NCBI RefSeq assembly: GCF_964204645.1
Contig: NC_134036.1
Span: 2,666,001-2,730,000, forward strand
DNA: 64,000 bases
Source: Tubulanus polymorphus
Taxonomy: Eukaryota; Animalia; Nemertea
Direction: 5' to 3'
In this document: positions 51,948 to 64,000 of the stretch, one piece after another
Position numbering within the stretch: the first letter of the stretch is position 1
How the letters are laid out: the number at the start of each line of letters is the position of its first letter
Position numbers and translations under genes: made by a program
The notes under the pieces: model-generated
Database searches by the model: none
The model's input: only the letters and a program-made list of their open reading frames with translations
What the model was told of the DNA's origin: nothing

Positions 51948-54541
51948 CTACCACGAACCGGCGGATACTAATTTCGTCAGCACGAAAGTCACCACGGCAG
52001 CGAACACAGCCGTCGGTAAGCGAGGTCGCGAACTGGGCGGAGAGTTGTTGCAGTATTGCATATCGTCGCAGCAAATAAAACGACTGAACCGGAACTCGAT
52101 GACGTCATTGTAAACGCGTTTAATTATCTGTTTCATTCGCTGTACGTTATCGTACGAACAGTCGATCTGAGCACCAGTGCCCTCTGGCGGACAACTCCGA
52201 ACGATTTCTTGCTCCTGACCCATAATACTCGTTTGGTAGATCTGTAAGAAAATAGGAGTGATTAGAGTTCTGACGTCATAGGGAGATTTGTGGAGGTCGC
52301 CATCTTTCTGGTAGTGTCTCACCACAGAAATGTTTGGTGTACGGTCATCTTTTTGGGACATTTTTGATGATGTCATAGGGAGATTTATAGAGACAGCCAT
52401 CTTTCTTGAAATAAACATCTACATCTGTGATGATGTCATAGGGCGATTTATGGAAGATGACATCATTTATATCAACCTCTTGACAGTGCTATAGGAGGGT
52501 CTTTCGGAAGGAGCCATCTTTTCTGGAAGCGTCTCTATCAATACGTCATAGGAGGACATCTATGGAAGTGGTCAGCTTTTCAAGAACGGTCTTATTTCAC
52601 CACGTCATAGGGGGTATCAACCGAGGTGGTCACATCTTTCCTTGGAGCGTATAGTCACAACTCGACACTTACCAGACAAGCGCCTGTGGATGAGCATTGC
52701 TTTTTGTTGATGCGGACAAAATCTTCGTTCCATTTTGGGTAAATGCATTCGTGAATATGTTTCATGTCTTGGTTTCGGCCGTTCAGATAACCGCGACAAT
52801 CGTAACACGCACCCATAGCTGCCGTACCTGAAAACAATAGTAAACAAACTCACTTAGTCATGGCAAAAAAATAAATTCCATTTCGGAAATCCTGTTCGAA
52901 CCCGGTTATAAAACTAGTAATGCAGCAGTTTCAGCAATACTTAGCTATCGTTCTGTGTAAAATATCATTTTTGACAGCTAAACTTCACAGTTAACCTTCA
53001 AACCAATAGACCCGTTCGAAATTTGTGATCGTTGTGACAAAGATGGAAACAAAATAATTGTTTTTGGCCTTTATGTAAATATAGGGCCGGTTATCGCAGC
53101 TCTGAGTACACAGTACATTGAAAGTAAATATACAGAGATTTATATCTAAGTCGTATAGTTCGTGGAAATAGGTAGAAAATAGACTTACAAAGAGTACTTT
53201 CTTTTGAAGGCGGAAATTGTGTATGAATGTGTGAGTGAAAATAAAGGCAGCATCAACAGGAACAGCAACAACATTAAAACTAGCGATAAATATTTCACAA
53301 GATAACGAACCCTGTGTTAAAATTAATTTACACTTGACTTATGAACAAGTTCTAATTTCTTTCTTGCGCTCTATGAATTCAGTTCCACAGTGTTCATAAT
53401 GAATGCATCATTCTAATGCCTTTAGTTCATTCCAAATGATGAAGATGTTGGAGAGATATTCTATTATGGTAGTTATGCGTTTGTGGAATCGAAAGATTAT
53501 CCAAACTTTTCCTCTATTAACTGCTATTCTCCATGACTTCAAAGCCCAGACGTGTCTTGAGTCCACATTAGCTGCCATGAGTGGCATTAAATCTTGAGGT
53601 TGGTCTAAAGCTGTTTGATTGGTTAATTATATGGAACTAAGAGGGTTGCCGATTGAATGAAGAAAAACCATTGTGGTCGAGAAAATAAACATATCTGACG
53701 AAGTCGTGAATGCTACAATCTTCTAATCATCTTATTAGGAAACAAAAAACTTGCAATCATCATGTGTCTTGTAGTTAGATAGCCCGTTTCGGGAAGGTGT
53801 TGTCACAAGACGCCAACGGAATTATTCATGATGTGACTCAGCGTTGATTACAACAATCTGGTGCAGTAGAGAACGCCTGTACTGTCATGTCAACAGCATA
53901 ATCCTAAACAAAATACCCTTAGAACGGATATTCCCAGTATAGAAAATGCAAATTATGTGCCAGTGGCCAGTTTTGACGTTAACAAGTACTAAAAGTGGTC
54001 TTACGTAAATCTTAAGAATGGTCGTATTACATTTATTGGATTAGCTCTTAGAACTAACGATGGTCTAAGAATGGATTTAAATCTATAAAAGCCATGTCTG
54101 CAAAACTGACCCCAGAATCCTTACTTTACCGTAGAAAACGAGTCGACATTTTTATTCCATGCCCACTTTAAACTAGAGATTCCCTGGGAACAAGAAACGC
54201 ATCATCATCAATCGTCCCAAATCATATCACAATTCCAAATACGGAATTGTAAACGCCTCTGACACGAACAACCATCGCAGATTTGCCAATTTTTCCAGGC
54301 GAATCGGCGATAAATCAAATGAATTAAGGACCTTTGTCAATAGTGACCCTGTTGATGGAGCTATACATATGGCTATATACACTGTGCATTGTCGCGTATA
54401 GTGTACAACGTAATTACCTGTAATGAAAATATCCAGCGCTAAAACCGTCAATAGCATCCACAAACAGCTCCCTCTACCGCTGCAGCCGCTCGTCATCATT
54501 CTCATCGTCCTCTTCACCATCCCAGTGATCGTCACTTTCAT
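51948..54541 (-). CDS. Ly6/uPAR three-finger (quiver/sleepless-like) GPI-anchored protein, 3 exons, up to 190 aa
   Basis: Exons 54541-54418 (signal peptide; true start may be a downstream Met), 52827-52673 and 52241-51948. Ten Cys in the mature region: CYDC...EC...QC...AC...RSC...DC...CCDDMQYCN, followed by a hydrophobic C-terminal tail. Phase-1 intron after the signal peptide is typical of LU-domain genes. Confidence 0.88.
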
Positions 54542-55325
54542 CCTTCGTTAGATCCTTTTCGCTAAAAATCCCCGTATTTTCGTTCTAATAATGGTTTTAA
54601 CTAGTTACTCCTTCTTCCATACCATACATCCCCGTATGCTATTGTCCTCTAGTACATTATCATACAGTCGTTGAATAGCCTCGCATGCCAGAGACCGACT
54701 CTCATTGTTGCCAAGGCGACGCGGCGAGGCCATTCGATCTGAATTGTTCGTTTATTCATGAACTGTATGTACATTACTTAGATGTTTTGAAATATCTATT
54801 TAGTTAATTTATTAAGTTTAAGGTTATCACTGTTACGTTTATCCATTACCTACTTGCATGATAGTTCTTTCACGATAGTTCTTGATATATTCATTGTATG
54901 TAATGAAATTTAATGTAAGATCATCAACTTCTGAACTCATTATAGCGATTTTAATGAAAAAAAATTATGTAGTTAAATTGAAAGCTTAATGTTTACTAAT
55001 ATTGTCAGTAGTTCTCATAAATTTTCCTTGGCCATTCTTTCCTTGGCCATTTTTTCCTGGCCATTTTTTTTCTTGGCCACTTTTTCCTAGATTCGTTGAT
55101 GGAATCGAAAACGTCGTTTTAGATTCCATGGTTTATTGAAATTGAAAAAGATTTCAAAATCAGACTTTGTAATTTTTGACAGCCTTTCGTACATTTTCCA
55201 ACGTATCGAGACCTTATTTTCAATGTTTTTATGAAATTATCACCATCGATACCACTGTATCGGCATAGTTCAGCAACGCTACTGCTAGTGCGAGTTGACG
55301 CGTTGTTTTGGAAATCATTCGATAT

Positions 55326-55796
55326 CGCGATGACGATGAGATCAACTTCTAGGGTGAGATCGAAACGTCGTGTATTTTGTATATTTTAGATTGTTCGAAT
55401 AAATGAATTCTTGATTTTAAGTTTCTTTTAATTTGTACAGTGGGATTGTATCTAATCATCCGTTCACCACGTTTGAGTGTGGTTATCGTACTACTTCTAA
55501 CACATGTCTGTCATAGGATAAAATCCCACTATTTACAGATTAAAAGAATTTAAAAACCAGAATTTAGTTATTCAATCTAAAATATATAAAAGACACGACG
55601 TTTCGATCTCACCCTAGAGATCATACCTGACGATGATCTCTAGGGTGAGATCGAAACGTCGTGTCTTTTATATATTTTAGATTGAATAAATAAATTCTGG
55701 TTTTTAAATTCTTTTAATCTGTAAATAGTGGGATTTTATCTTATTATCCGTTCACCACGTTTGAGTGTGGTTATCGTTCTAACATGTCTGTCATAC
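55326..55796. mobile_element. Penelope-like element terminal repeats (direct plus inverted) with hammerhead core
   Basis: Direct copies at 55326-55515 and 55626-55796 with an inverted copy at 55517-55624 between them; CTGACGA-t-GATCTC-tagggt-GAGATC-GAAA-cgtcgtgtc at 55627-55665. Confidence 0.75.
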
Positions 55797-56876
55797 TTTA
55801 TTGTATTCCATTTACCAATGATGGTCCGTTACATTACGGCTCAATAAAGTCAGGTTATGGAAACAACGAAGACTATGATCTTCCAGTTGACGATGAGTTT
55901 ATTTCGGACGCACCTGGTATGTGTCTGAATTTGTTACAGACTCCAAGGCTGACATATTCTGAATCCTACAAGCTATGTACAATAGGCTACGAGCAATTAT
56001 CTAACAGATCTTAGAGAATTGTTAGATAATTGCTCGTAGCTATAGGTTACTACAATTCAATCTTTATTCAGCATAAACATTAATAAAACATTGTTTGTAA
56101 CTGATACAAATTCGGAAAATCAAGTATATACATAATAGGAGATAAACAAATAATAAAATGAAGCATAATTAACACTAATTACAGATGAGTTAAAACATAA
56201 TTGAAAATATACAGAACATTAATCGAAGAAAAATTAGGACAATGCCAGACCGAGTTTAATAAATTTGGCTAGCTGAACAATGCTGGTTGTAGGTTACTAT
56301 GTGACAGACATGTGACTGACTAGCAGGTGACAAACGGGTCATTGTTTAATTCATTCTGTCCGAGCAAGGATTAGTTAATTACTAAACAATTACTAAACAA
56401 ACAAATGGGGCAGATCCCGAGTTTAGAGTTGCCTATAACTCACAACTATCGAACCAGGTCCAGAGCGTACAATAGATGAGATTAAAAAAGATACGTTTTC
56501 ATTTTTATCAAATAGGGGACAATGGGCAAAAAAGGAGCGGGCGGTTTGCACCCTCGACTCCCTCGCGGGGACGCGTATGCCTCTCAGCCTAAAAGTCCTA
56601 GAGTTTCTATCTGCGTGAAGTTCGGTGTAATTAGTATCACTTCGATTCGTGCGCACTGCCCCTTCACAACCTGACAAGTATCTTTAATTATCTCTACACT
56701 GGCTCGCGTGAGCTCCACTGAAACGGTTGTACTTAAAATTGATGATCCCTTGAATTCGCCGCAAATTACGACGTGTGACTCTAATGAGCAATCACAACAG
56801 CAGTTTCATATCACTTTTCGTTTCCTTGTGCTAAACCGTAACAACTTGTAGTGAGTGACATATCACTGTCTTTTCA

Positions 56877-57410
56877 GTCAACCCACACAACTGTGGAACT
56901 AAGTCCAGAGTAAAATCAAACCCACACAACTGTGGAACTTGGTCCAGAGTAAAATGAAACCCACATGACTGTGGAACTGGGTCCAGAGTAAATTTAACCC
57001 ACACAACTGTGAGACTGGGTCCAGAGTAAAATCAAACTTACATAACTGTGGAACTAAGTCCAGAGTGTAAATTAAACCCATATAACTGCAGAACTGGTCC
57101 AGAGCGATATTAAACCCACGCAACAGTGAGACTGGGTCCAGAGTAAAATTCAACCCACGCAACAGTGAGACTGGGTCCAGAGTAAAATCAAACTTACATA
57201 ACTGTGGAACTAAGTCCAGAGTAAAATTAAACCCCCATAACTGCAGAACTGGGTCCAGAGCGATATTAAACCCACACAACTGTGGAACTGGGTTCAGAGT
57301 GAAACAAACTCACACAACTGTGGGCCTGGATCCAGAGTCAAATCAGAGCCACACAACAGGGGAACTGTGGAAGTGCCAAATTCAAATCAGACCCACTCAA
57401 CTGTGGAACG
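56877..57410 (-). repeat. ~40-bp minisatellite, about 13 copies
   Basis: Unit aacccacacaactgtggaactgggtccagagtaaaattaa. Confidence 0.93.
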
Positions 57411-57804
57411 TGGAAGCGGATCAAATTCAATCTTTTTTTTATGAATTTTTAATACCTCCAATCTCGGTGACGTCGACAAAACTGGCGCACGCCACAATAT
57501 CGGATTTCTGTGAGCGATGGCGCCGGTTACTTTCATTTACATAAAACGAAAACAAAAAATCGAGCTGCCACGAAACGACACCACCACAGTACGAGGTCCG
57601 CAGCCGACAGGATCACTCGAACTTTACCTGCTGTCAACTGATACTCACTAGATAAGAACATGGATTTTCTTTGAGTTGGCGATGACCAAAGATCGTTTGA
57701 TGTTTATGTCATTTCGATGTTGAAAAAAAAAAACTAAGGTAAGAATTTCTATTTTAGCTCTACTTGTCGAATTTCTCGTGGCCGCCGGGGAATGACTGTA
57801 GTTA

Positions 57805-58506
57805 GGCCACGCAATTTTTTTACTTTTTATAGAAAGCTAGAAGACCACAATAAGCCTTTTTACAGTTTCCAGGCGCCATTTTTTTGGGTACCCGCCGGGT
57901 CCGCATTGTTGAATTTTTTGTCCCTATTTTTCTCCGGTTTAATTTTTTTATTTCGTTCATATCTCTGGATTTGATTAAGATGGAAACAAAGTAGAAATAT
58001 CGATGAACTCGGAAGGAAGTTGAGGTTTTTTGTTTTATAAACTATTAAAAAAACTATATTCTTAACATATCTCACACTTGGTAACTGTTTATGAAAACAA
58101 AAACATCAAAATCTTGACTAGGCCTATGATATATTGTAATTGGAATTCCTGGAATTTTACAATCCAAGGTCGCCATCAATGTCCGATTAGCAAAGTTGTC
58201 TGAGCACTGCATGGCTGCACCTTCCAGAATAAAATTGTTAAATCCGATGTGATAAAACATTGTTATGGTGTCGATCTGAGTGCCGACATCACGATTCGAT
58301 TAAAAAATAAAAAAAAAATGATTTACGAGAAGGGAGAGTTTTGTAGTCGTACGACCACATATATATTTTTGAAAATAGTTGTTTCATCTTAAATTTTGAA
58401 ATAGGGACAGTAGGCAATTTTATCTTAATTCGAAAATGATTATTTGAAATGACGAAATATCGGGTCTGTCGTGCCCGAGAAACAGGGTTTTCTTTTGGGT
58501 GTGGCC
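57805..58506. mobile_element. ~700-bp non-autonomous Harbinger-like element
   Basis: tta-GGCCAC ... GTGGCC-taa termini with GC-rich subterminal motifs and an AT-rich noncoding interior. Confidence 0.5.
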
Positions 58507-58669
58507 TAACTGATCGAAATATTCTTCTTATAACTATATATGTAATTTTCAAAAATCCACAATTCGTAACTTAAAGAGTTAATTGTTATTGATAGGCCTG
58601 TTTAGGTTCATCGTGAACTTTAGGCATGTATTCGTAATTACCCCTCGTACGTTCACCATTTCAATTTAG

Positions 58670-59360
58670 AAATGATCAGTTTCTGAAAGTGCGTTGATAA
58701 AATGTCTGGTGTTCGTGGTTCATTTTCAATTGAAAATGTCTCATGTGAAGTCCTGAACATATGGGAAGTGTGGACGATCATAGCTTTTGGAAGTTTGCTG
58801 ATAAAATGTCTAATATCTGGTGTTTGTAGTTCATTTTCAATTAGAAATGTCTCAGGTGAAGCACTGAACACATGTGAAGTGTGGACGATCATAGCTTTTG
58901 GAAGTTTGCTGATAAAATGTCTAATATCTGGTGTTTGTAGTTCATTTTCAATTAGAAATGTCTCAGGTGAAGCACTGCACACGTGAAGTGTGGACAATCA
59001 TAGTTTTTGGAAGTTTGCTGATAAAATATCTAATATCTGGTGTTTGTAGTTCATTTTCTATTAGAAATGTCTCAGGTGAAGCACTGAACACAATATGTGA
59101 AGTGTGGACGATCATAGCTTTTGGAAGTTTGCTGATAAAATGTCTAATATCTGGTGTTTGTAGTTCATTTTCTATTAGAAATGTCTCAGATGAAGCACTG
59201 AACACAATATGTGAAGTGTGGACGATCATAGCTTTTGGAAGTTTGCTGATAAAATGTCTAATATCTGGTGTTTGTAGTTCATTTTCTATTAGAAATGTCT
59301 CAGATGAAGCACTGAACACAATATGTGAAGTGTGGACGATCATAGTTTTTGGAAGTTTTC
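58670..59360 (+). repeat. Same minisatellite family, ~110-113-bp units, about 6 copies
   Basis: Repeated gaagtgtggacgatcatagcttttggaagtttgctgataaaatgtctaatatctggtgtttgtag. Confidence 0.95.
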
Positions 59361-59630
59361 TATTCGCAGTTCATTTTAGAACGATCAAAATTGTAGAGAA
59401 ATTGTTGCGAAACCTGTCGGCTCCGGGTCGGTTCTGGTAGCACATTAGACGATGGCTGAATTACAAACTGATACCCATATTTTTTTCAGGATAAATCCGT
59501 CGAACCTTGGACATATTTCATCTGACTGCCCGATTGAGCGCACATTCTTGCTAGGTCTATTCAGTTAGAACTAGGACCCAGCCGATAATCGTCTGCTCCG
59601 TATGTCGTAACCGCGAGGTCAGAAACTAAA

Positions 59631-60899
59631 ATGTTCGCAAATTTGACCGCCACAAATAAAGAACCGCTGTACGTAACGTCCGTAGCGAATTGTCTGACCG
59701 CCGACGCAACCGATAGAATATGGCTAACTTACACCCCTGCAGGTAGCAATATCTCGACCACGTACCGGATAAAGCCGTTTAGTAAACCCGTCTACAATTA
59801 CTACGTAGGCCTACAGACGGCGCTGCGAGCGGAAAACAGTAGTTCGGATTTGGTGGTCAAGTGCGAGGACAGTTGCAATCAAGCCTTATTCCGGGCTGTA
59901 GACTCAATGGCCCAAATTTCTCCGTACGTGACCTTGGCCTTGTCGATCGTGGGTACAGCTCTAATACTGATCGCAGTGGCGCCCGATGTGCGACGCTCGT
60001 CTGCCAACTGGTACATCGTCTCCTTGGCCTTGACCGAAACAAGTTACCTGTTGTTTACCGTTATGATGGGCTTCGGGAGTAAACTGGCGTACTACTTGAA
60101 GGGTACCGATGCGTCTTGTAAGTGCTCCCAATTCTTCTTGGAATTCTCGGCGATGGCGAGCGTCTATATACTGATAGCTATGACCGCCGAGCGAATGTAC
60201 GTCGTACTAGCGCCATTGCGCGCCGCGGCGACTGTCAGCTTTAAAAAATCGATATTCGTTACATCGATCGTGGCCGCTGTGTCGTTTGTCGTCAATTCAC
60301 CGCGGTTTTGGTTTTTCCAATTCATCGGGTTCGATTACACAGCTCCGAATGTCCCGATGTGTTACGCCATTGCGACGGCGAGATTCTCGTTTGCGACGCT
60401 GTCCAGTTATTTCTCCACGTACACGATACTGATCGCGTTGGTACCGGTTTGTCTGTTGTTCGTCATGAATTTCGTCATCATCGTCCAAATTCGCAAACAC
60501 AGTCGCGAACAGACGAAAATGACGTCGTCGGGCGCCAGTAGCAACAACGACAGTGGTGCCACCAAGCGACGACCCAATAGTACAGAGGTACAAATAACTA
60601 TTATGTTGGTTTCGGCGTCGGTTACGTTCTTGTTGCTAAACATGTTGAAAGTGGTGCACGACTATCTCCGAAACACGCTAAACTTAAGTACGTGTCCTCA
60701 TGCAAATTTAGACGCGATTGTCGACCCCCTTGGTACTTTTCTGCTGTACCTCAGTCACGCTGTAAACGCCTATGTCTACTGTTTGAGCAGCGCCGCCTTT
60801 CGGGCGCAGTTGTTGCGTCGTTTTGGCCGCCACGCAGCCGGTAGTAGCGCCGCCTCGCGGAGCGCATTTCAAACGCAAATGTCGACCATTTCGAATTAA
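59631..60899 (+). CDS. Class A GPCR with intronless CDS (orphan peptide-receptor-like), 422 aa
   Basis: Seven TM segments; SLALTE in TM2, LIAMTAERMYVVLAPL in TM3, HAVNAYVYCLSSAAFR in TM7/helix 8. An upstream acceptor ttttttcag near 59489 suggests a 5' UTR intron. Confidence 0.9.
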   Translation: MFANLTATNKEPLYVTSVANCLTADATDRIWLTYTPAGSNISTTYRIKPFSKPVYNYYVGLQTALRAENSSSDLVVKCEDSCNQALFRAVDSMAQISPYVTLALSIVGTALILIAVAPDVRRSSANWYIVSLALTETSYLLFTVMMGFGSKLAYYLKGTDASCKCSQFFLEFSAMASVYILIAMTAERMYVVLAPLRAAATVSFKKSIFVTSIVAAVSFVVNSPRFWFFQFIGFDYTAPNVPMCYAIATARFSFATLSSYFSTYTILIALVPVCLLFVMNFVIIVQIRKHSREQTKMTSSGASSNNDSGATKRRPNSTEVQITIMLVSASVTFLLLNMLKVVHDYLRNTLNLSTCPHANLDAIVDPLGTFLLYLSHAVNAYVYCLSSAAFRAQLLRRFGRHAAGSSAASRSAFQTQMSTISN

Positions 60900-61369
60900 A
60901 AGCACGACGGATGAAATTCAAGAAACTCTTAAAAATATTGAACGTTTCAACAAACCCCGATTGCGACCTAGATGGGAAACTTTAAAAAAACTGGAGGTTC
61001 AAACCATCCATAAAACAACGGTCAACAGCAGGCCTATATCCCCGAGTTCACGCAGTTAGGCCAGTTCGGGCCACGCAGTTAGGCCAGTTCGGGGCACGTA
61101 ATTAGGCCACCCATCCCGAGCAACATTCACAGCAGTCAAAACCGTCCAAACCGACTTGATGGTAATGATTGGAGCAGTTGAATTTAAACATTAAAAAAAC
61201 CTCCGAACATTTTAACGATAAAACCACCTGCTAGGCTTCTGCCGTTTATATATATATATATATATATACTTTAAGGTGAAATTGTCAGCGACCAATTTTC
61301 GAATGATTTATTTATTAACGCTACGAGTTAACACTATGCGATACCGTTTATTGGACATTTAGATGACAT

Positions 61370-61555
<186 letters not shown>

Positions 61556-64000
61556 CCATTATGTACTGTTTAAGGTCTATATACCTGCCGAGTTGGGATA
61601 ACGCCACGCGCTGCTAAGTGTCCTTGTCGTCGTTTTATCATTGCCGCTTTTTCTGGCCATTATGAAAATTGTTACGATATATTTCTAAAGGATTCACTAC
61701 CGCCTCTGCTGATTGGTAAAAATGGTGTTGCTTGTCTTTGCCCGCCTTACGCCCCCTCCCTGCCTCCCTCAGCCCTCCATCTTTGCCCCCTCTCGGTGTC
61801 TTTTCTCCCTACCCTCTCCATGGCCGTAGGAACAGGGGGCCCAATATTTGGCCTTCCAAAAGCAATCCTTCAAATCGTGACATAATTGTCTGATAAAAGT
61901 TATGAAGCTCCTTTAGCCCTCGGAAAACGGGTTTCCCCTATTTGTGCTCCCCATCCTCAACACGTTCCCCAAGACTTTCCCTCTCACTCTGCATCCCTCT
62001 CCTTCCATCTCCCTCTACTTCTCTCCATCGCTCTTCCTTTCTCTCCTCCTCCTTCCCCCTCCCTCTCTTGTATTCCTCTTCACCCTTATCTAGAGTATGC
62101 GGTATGTACATGTACATTTCTTTCTCCTCGTAATCCATTATACACAATATAAACGATGTGCAAATCATGAATATCAATGCAATTTCATTTTCAATATGAT
62201 CACTATTATAAGGATCAAGTATTAGCAAGTAGTATATATGTACCGGGCCTTATGCACATATATAGACCAGTAGTTTCGTCCTTATCCGTCCTCGCTTGCC
62301 AGGATTTGAAAGCCTCCTGCCGAAGCTCATGCCAACACAAAACCTTCATTGGTCTATTATTACATTACCCCAGAACATTATTGTAACGGGTTTTACGGCA
62401 TCAAAAATTGTTAAGTGCATACAATAATAGCTATCATTGTTAAAACAGATTGAGAATTACACCTAGATTTGAAACTGCATTTACACGCTCATGACGCCCA
62501 GGCAATTGCTATTGTGTCAGTCAAGTATAAAACTGTACCTAAAATGCGTGGATATTGTTTTAGAATATATACATATTACCTTTGAATCTCGTAATCATTG
62601 ATGTTGTGAAGACTATATAGTGAATTCCAGCAGCTTAGTATATCTTACAATATCTCTAGTTTATATCATATTTGTCAAGATTTTTTTTACGTACAGTGAT
62701 TTCTGTTCTGCCGAAACAGCAATCGATAAAGATTTGGATTATGTTTAGTTTCATCGTTGATATGAAAAAAAAAGGTTTGCGCAAATTACCTACAGTAATT
62801 TCTGGCAGACGCCGAAACTGCAATCGATGAATATTTGAGTTGTGGTCATTTTTTATGATCGATATCAGAAGATTTTCGAACACTCAGCGGAGTTTGCGAC
62901 CCCCTAACCTCCTAACCCCTCACCCGCCCCTCGGATCCACTCCTGCTATAGGGGTAAATCTTCAACGTGGGTGACAACCTCCGCAGAAACAATCGGAAAT
63001 CACGTTTGTTATCGACAAATTTCAAAATGTTCCCAGGGAGATTATTTTGTTCCATATCTATTAAACTCAGCCTTGTTATTGTCACGTTGTTCTGAACTAT
63101 ATATACATTTACAATTACTTTGCTTCTGTTGAATAAAATTAAATGCTTGTTAAAAAAAAAATTGTTTAATTTTTAATTGCTTATCGAGAAAGTCGCGCGT
63201 TAATTGGTGATACAAGTGGAGATGAGATAGGAGAGGCGGACATGAGAGGGTGAGGAGGACACGGGAGGGTGTGGAGGGAGACGGAGAGAGAATGAAAGGA
63301 GAGATGGCATAGAAACTCTATGGAAGGTTGCATTATGAAAGGGTGCCTCAGAACTTAAAGATAGGCAGCATCAGAAGTTAAAGATAGGGTTTAAGAACGT
63401 ACAGTTAAGGGTGCATCAGAAGTTAAAGATATGGCTTTTAAACAGATAAGGGTGCATCATTTGCATCATCCGTCTCAACTTAGTGCTCCCTTCATTGTCA
63501 TTGTTATTTTGTTTTTAAAAATTCTTTCCTTTCATGTTGTTTATCTTTTAGTATTTTAACTACATTGGCAATCTCGTCCTTTGTATCTGATCTTGTATTT
63601 TGTTTGTTCGTGACTCCTTTTTTACATGTTCATTGACAATCTCTGTACAGATTTTATGATGAATAAGTTGAGTTCAAAACTCGAAAGACAGGACGTTAGA
63701 ATTTAAATGGTGCATTAGCACTTAGAGAGAGAGAGGGCGTTAGAACTTTACGAAAGGGCGTTTAACAAACATATCATAATCACCTTTTCCATCGATTGTA
63801 ATCAAATTCGAAACATTCAATACTCATTGAATAAAGAGTTAGTTTTTGCAGATGCTGTCACAATTATATTTAATGAAGCGACCCGAGCACCGTGAACGTT
63901 TGATTGTCGTATCTAAAATCGTTAATGGTTCCCGTTAAATTTGAAACCAGCGCGTTCCAGTTCCACACTCATTAATTGAATCTAAATTCATAACAACCTC

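Noticed and set aside
51948-52418. 156-aa ORF starting at 52418
   Set aside because: Its N-terminal part is intronic repeat; coding sequence starts at the acceptor at 52241.

Overview
AT-rich, intron-containing animal DNA, probably a spiralian invertebrate (inferred from gene content and repeat style). Seven genes can be assembled by hand from GT-AG splice sites with consistent phases. Four are conserved: the 5' end of VPS13 (A/C-type, minus strand, running off the window start), GPATCH4 (7 exons), ATOSA/FAM214A (12 exons) and FAH (11 exons). The rest form a less conserved cell-surface block: two class A GPCRs with intronless CDSs flanking two small GPI-type genes that the ORF track shows only as fragments. 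One is a 176-aa protein with an antistasin-like Cys domain and an acidic Ser-Gly stalk; the other is a 190-aa Ly6/three-finger protein. Introns and intergenic DNA hold many MITE families, tRNA-derived SINE heads, dispersed minisatellites and Penelope-like remnants with hammerhead-ribozyme cores. The most notable observations are the hammerhead/Penelope palindromes, a chain of micro-hairpins between divergent promoters, ATOSA uORFs (one stop overlaps the start codon) under a FOXO/CRE/CLEAR-like promoter, CTCF-like motif clusters in ATOSA, and a minisatellite built from a MITE terminus. No prokaryotic or CRISPR system is supported. All calls are by eye; no database searches were run.
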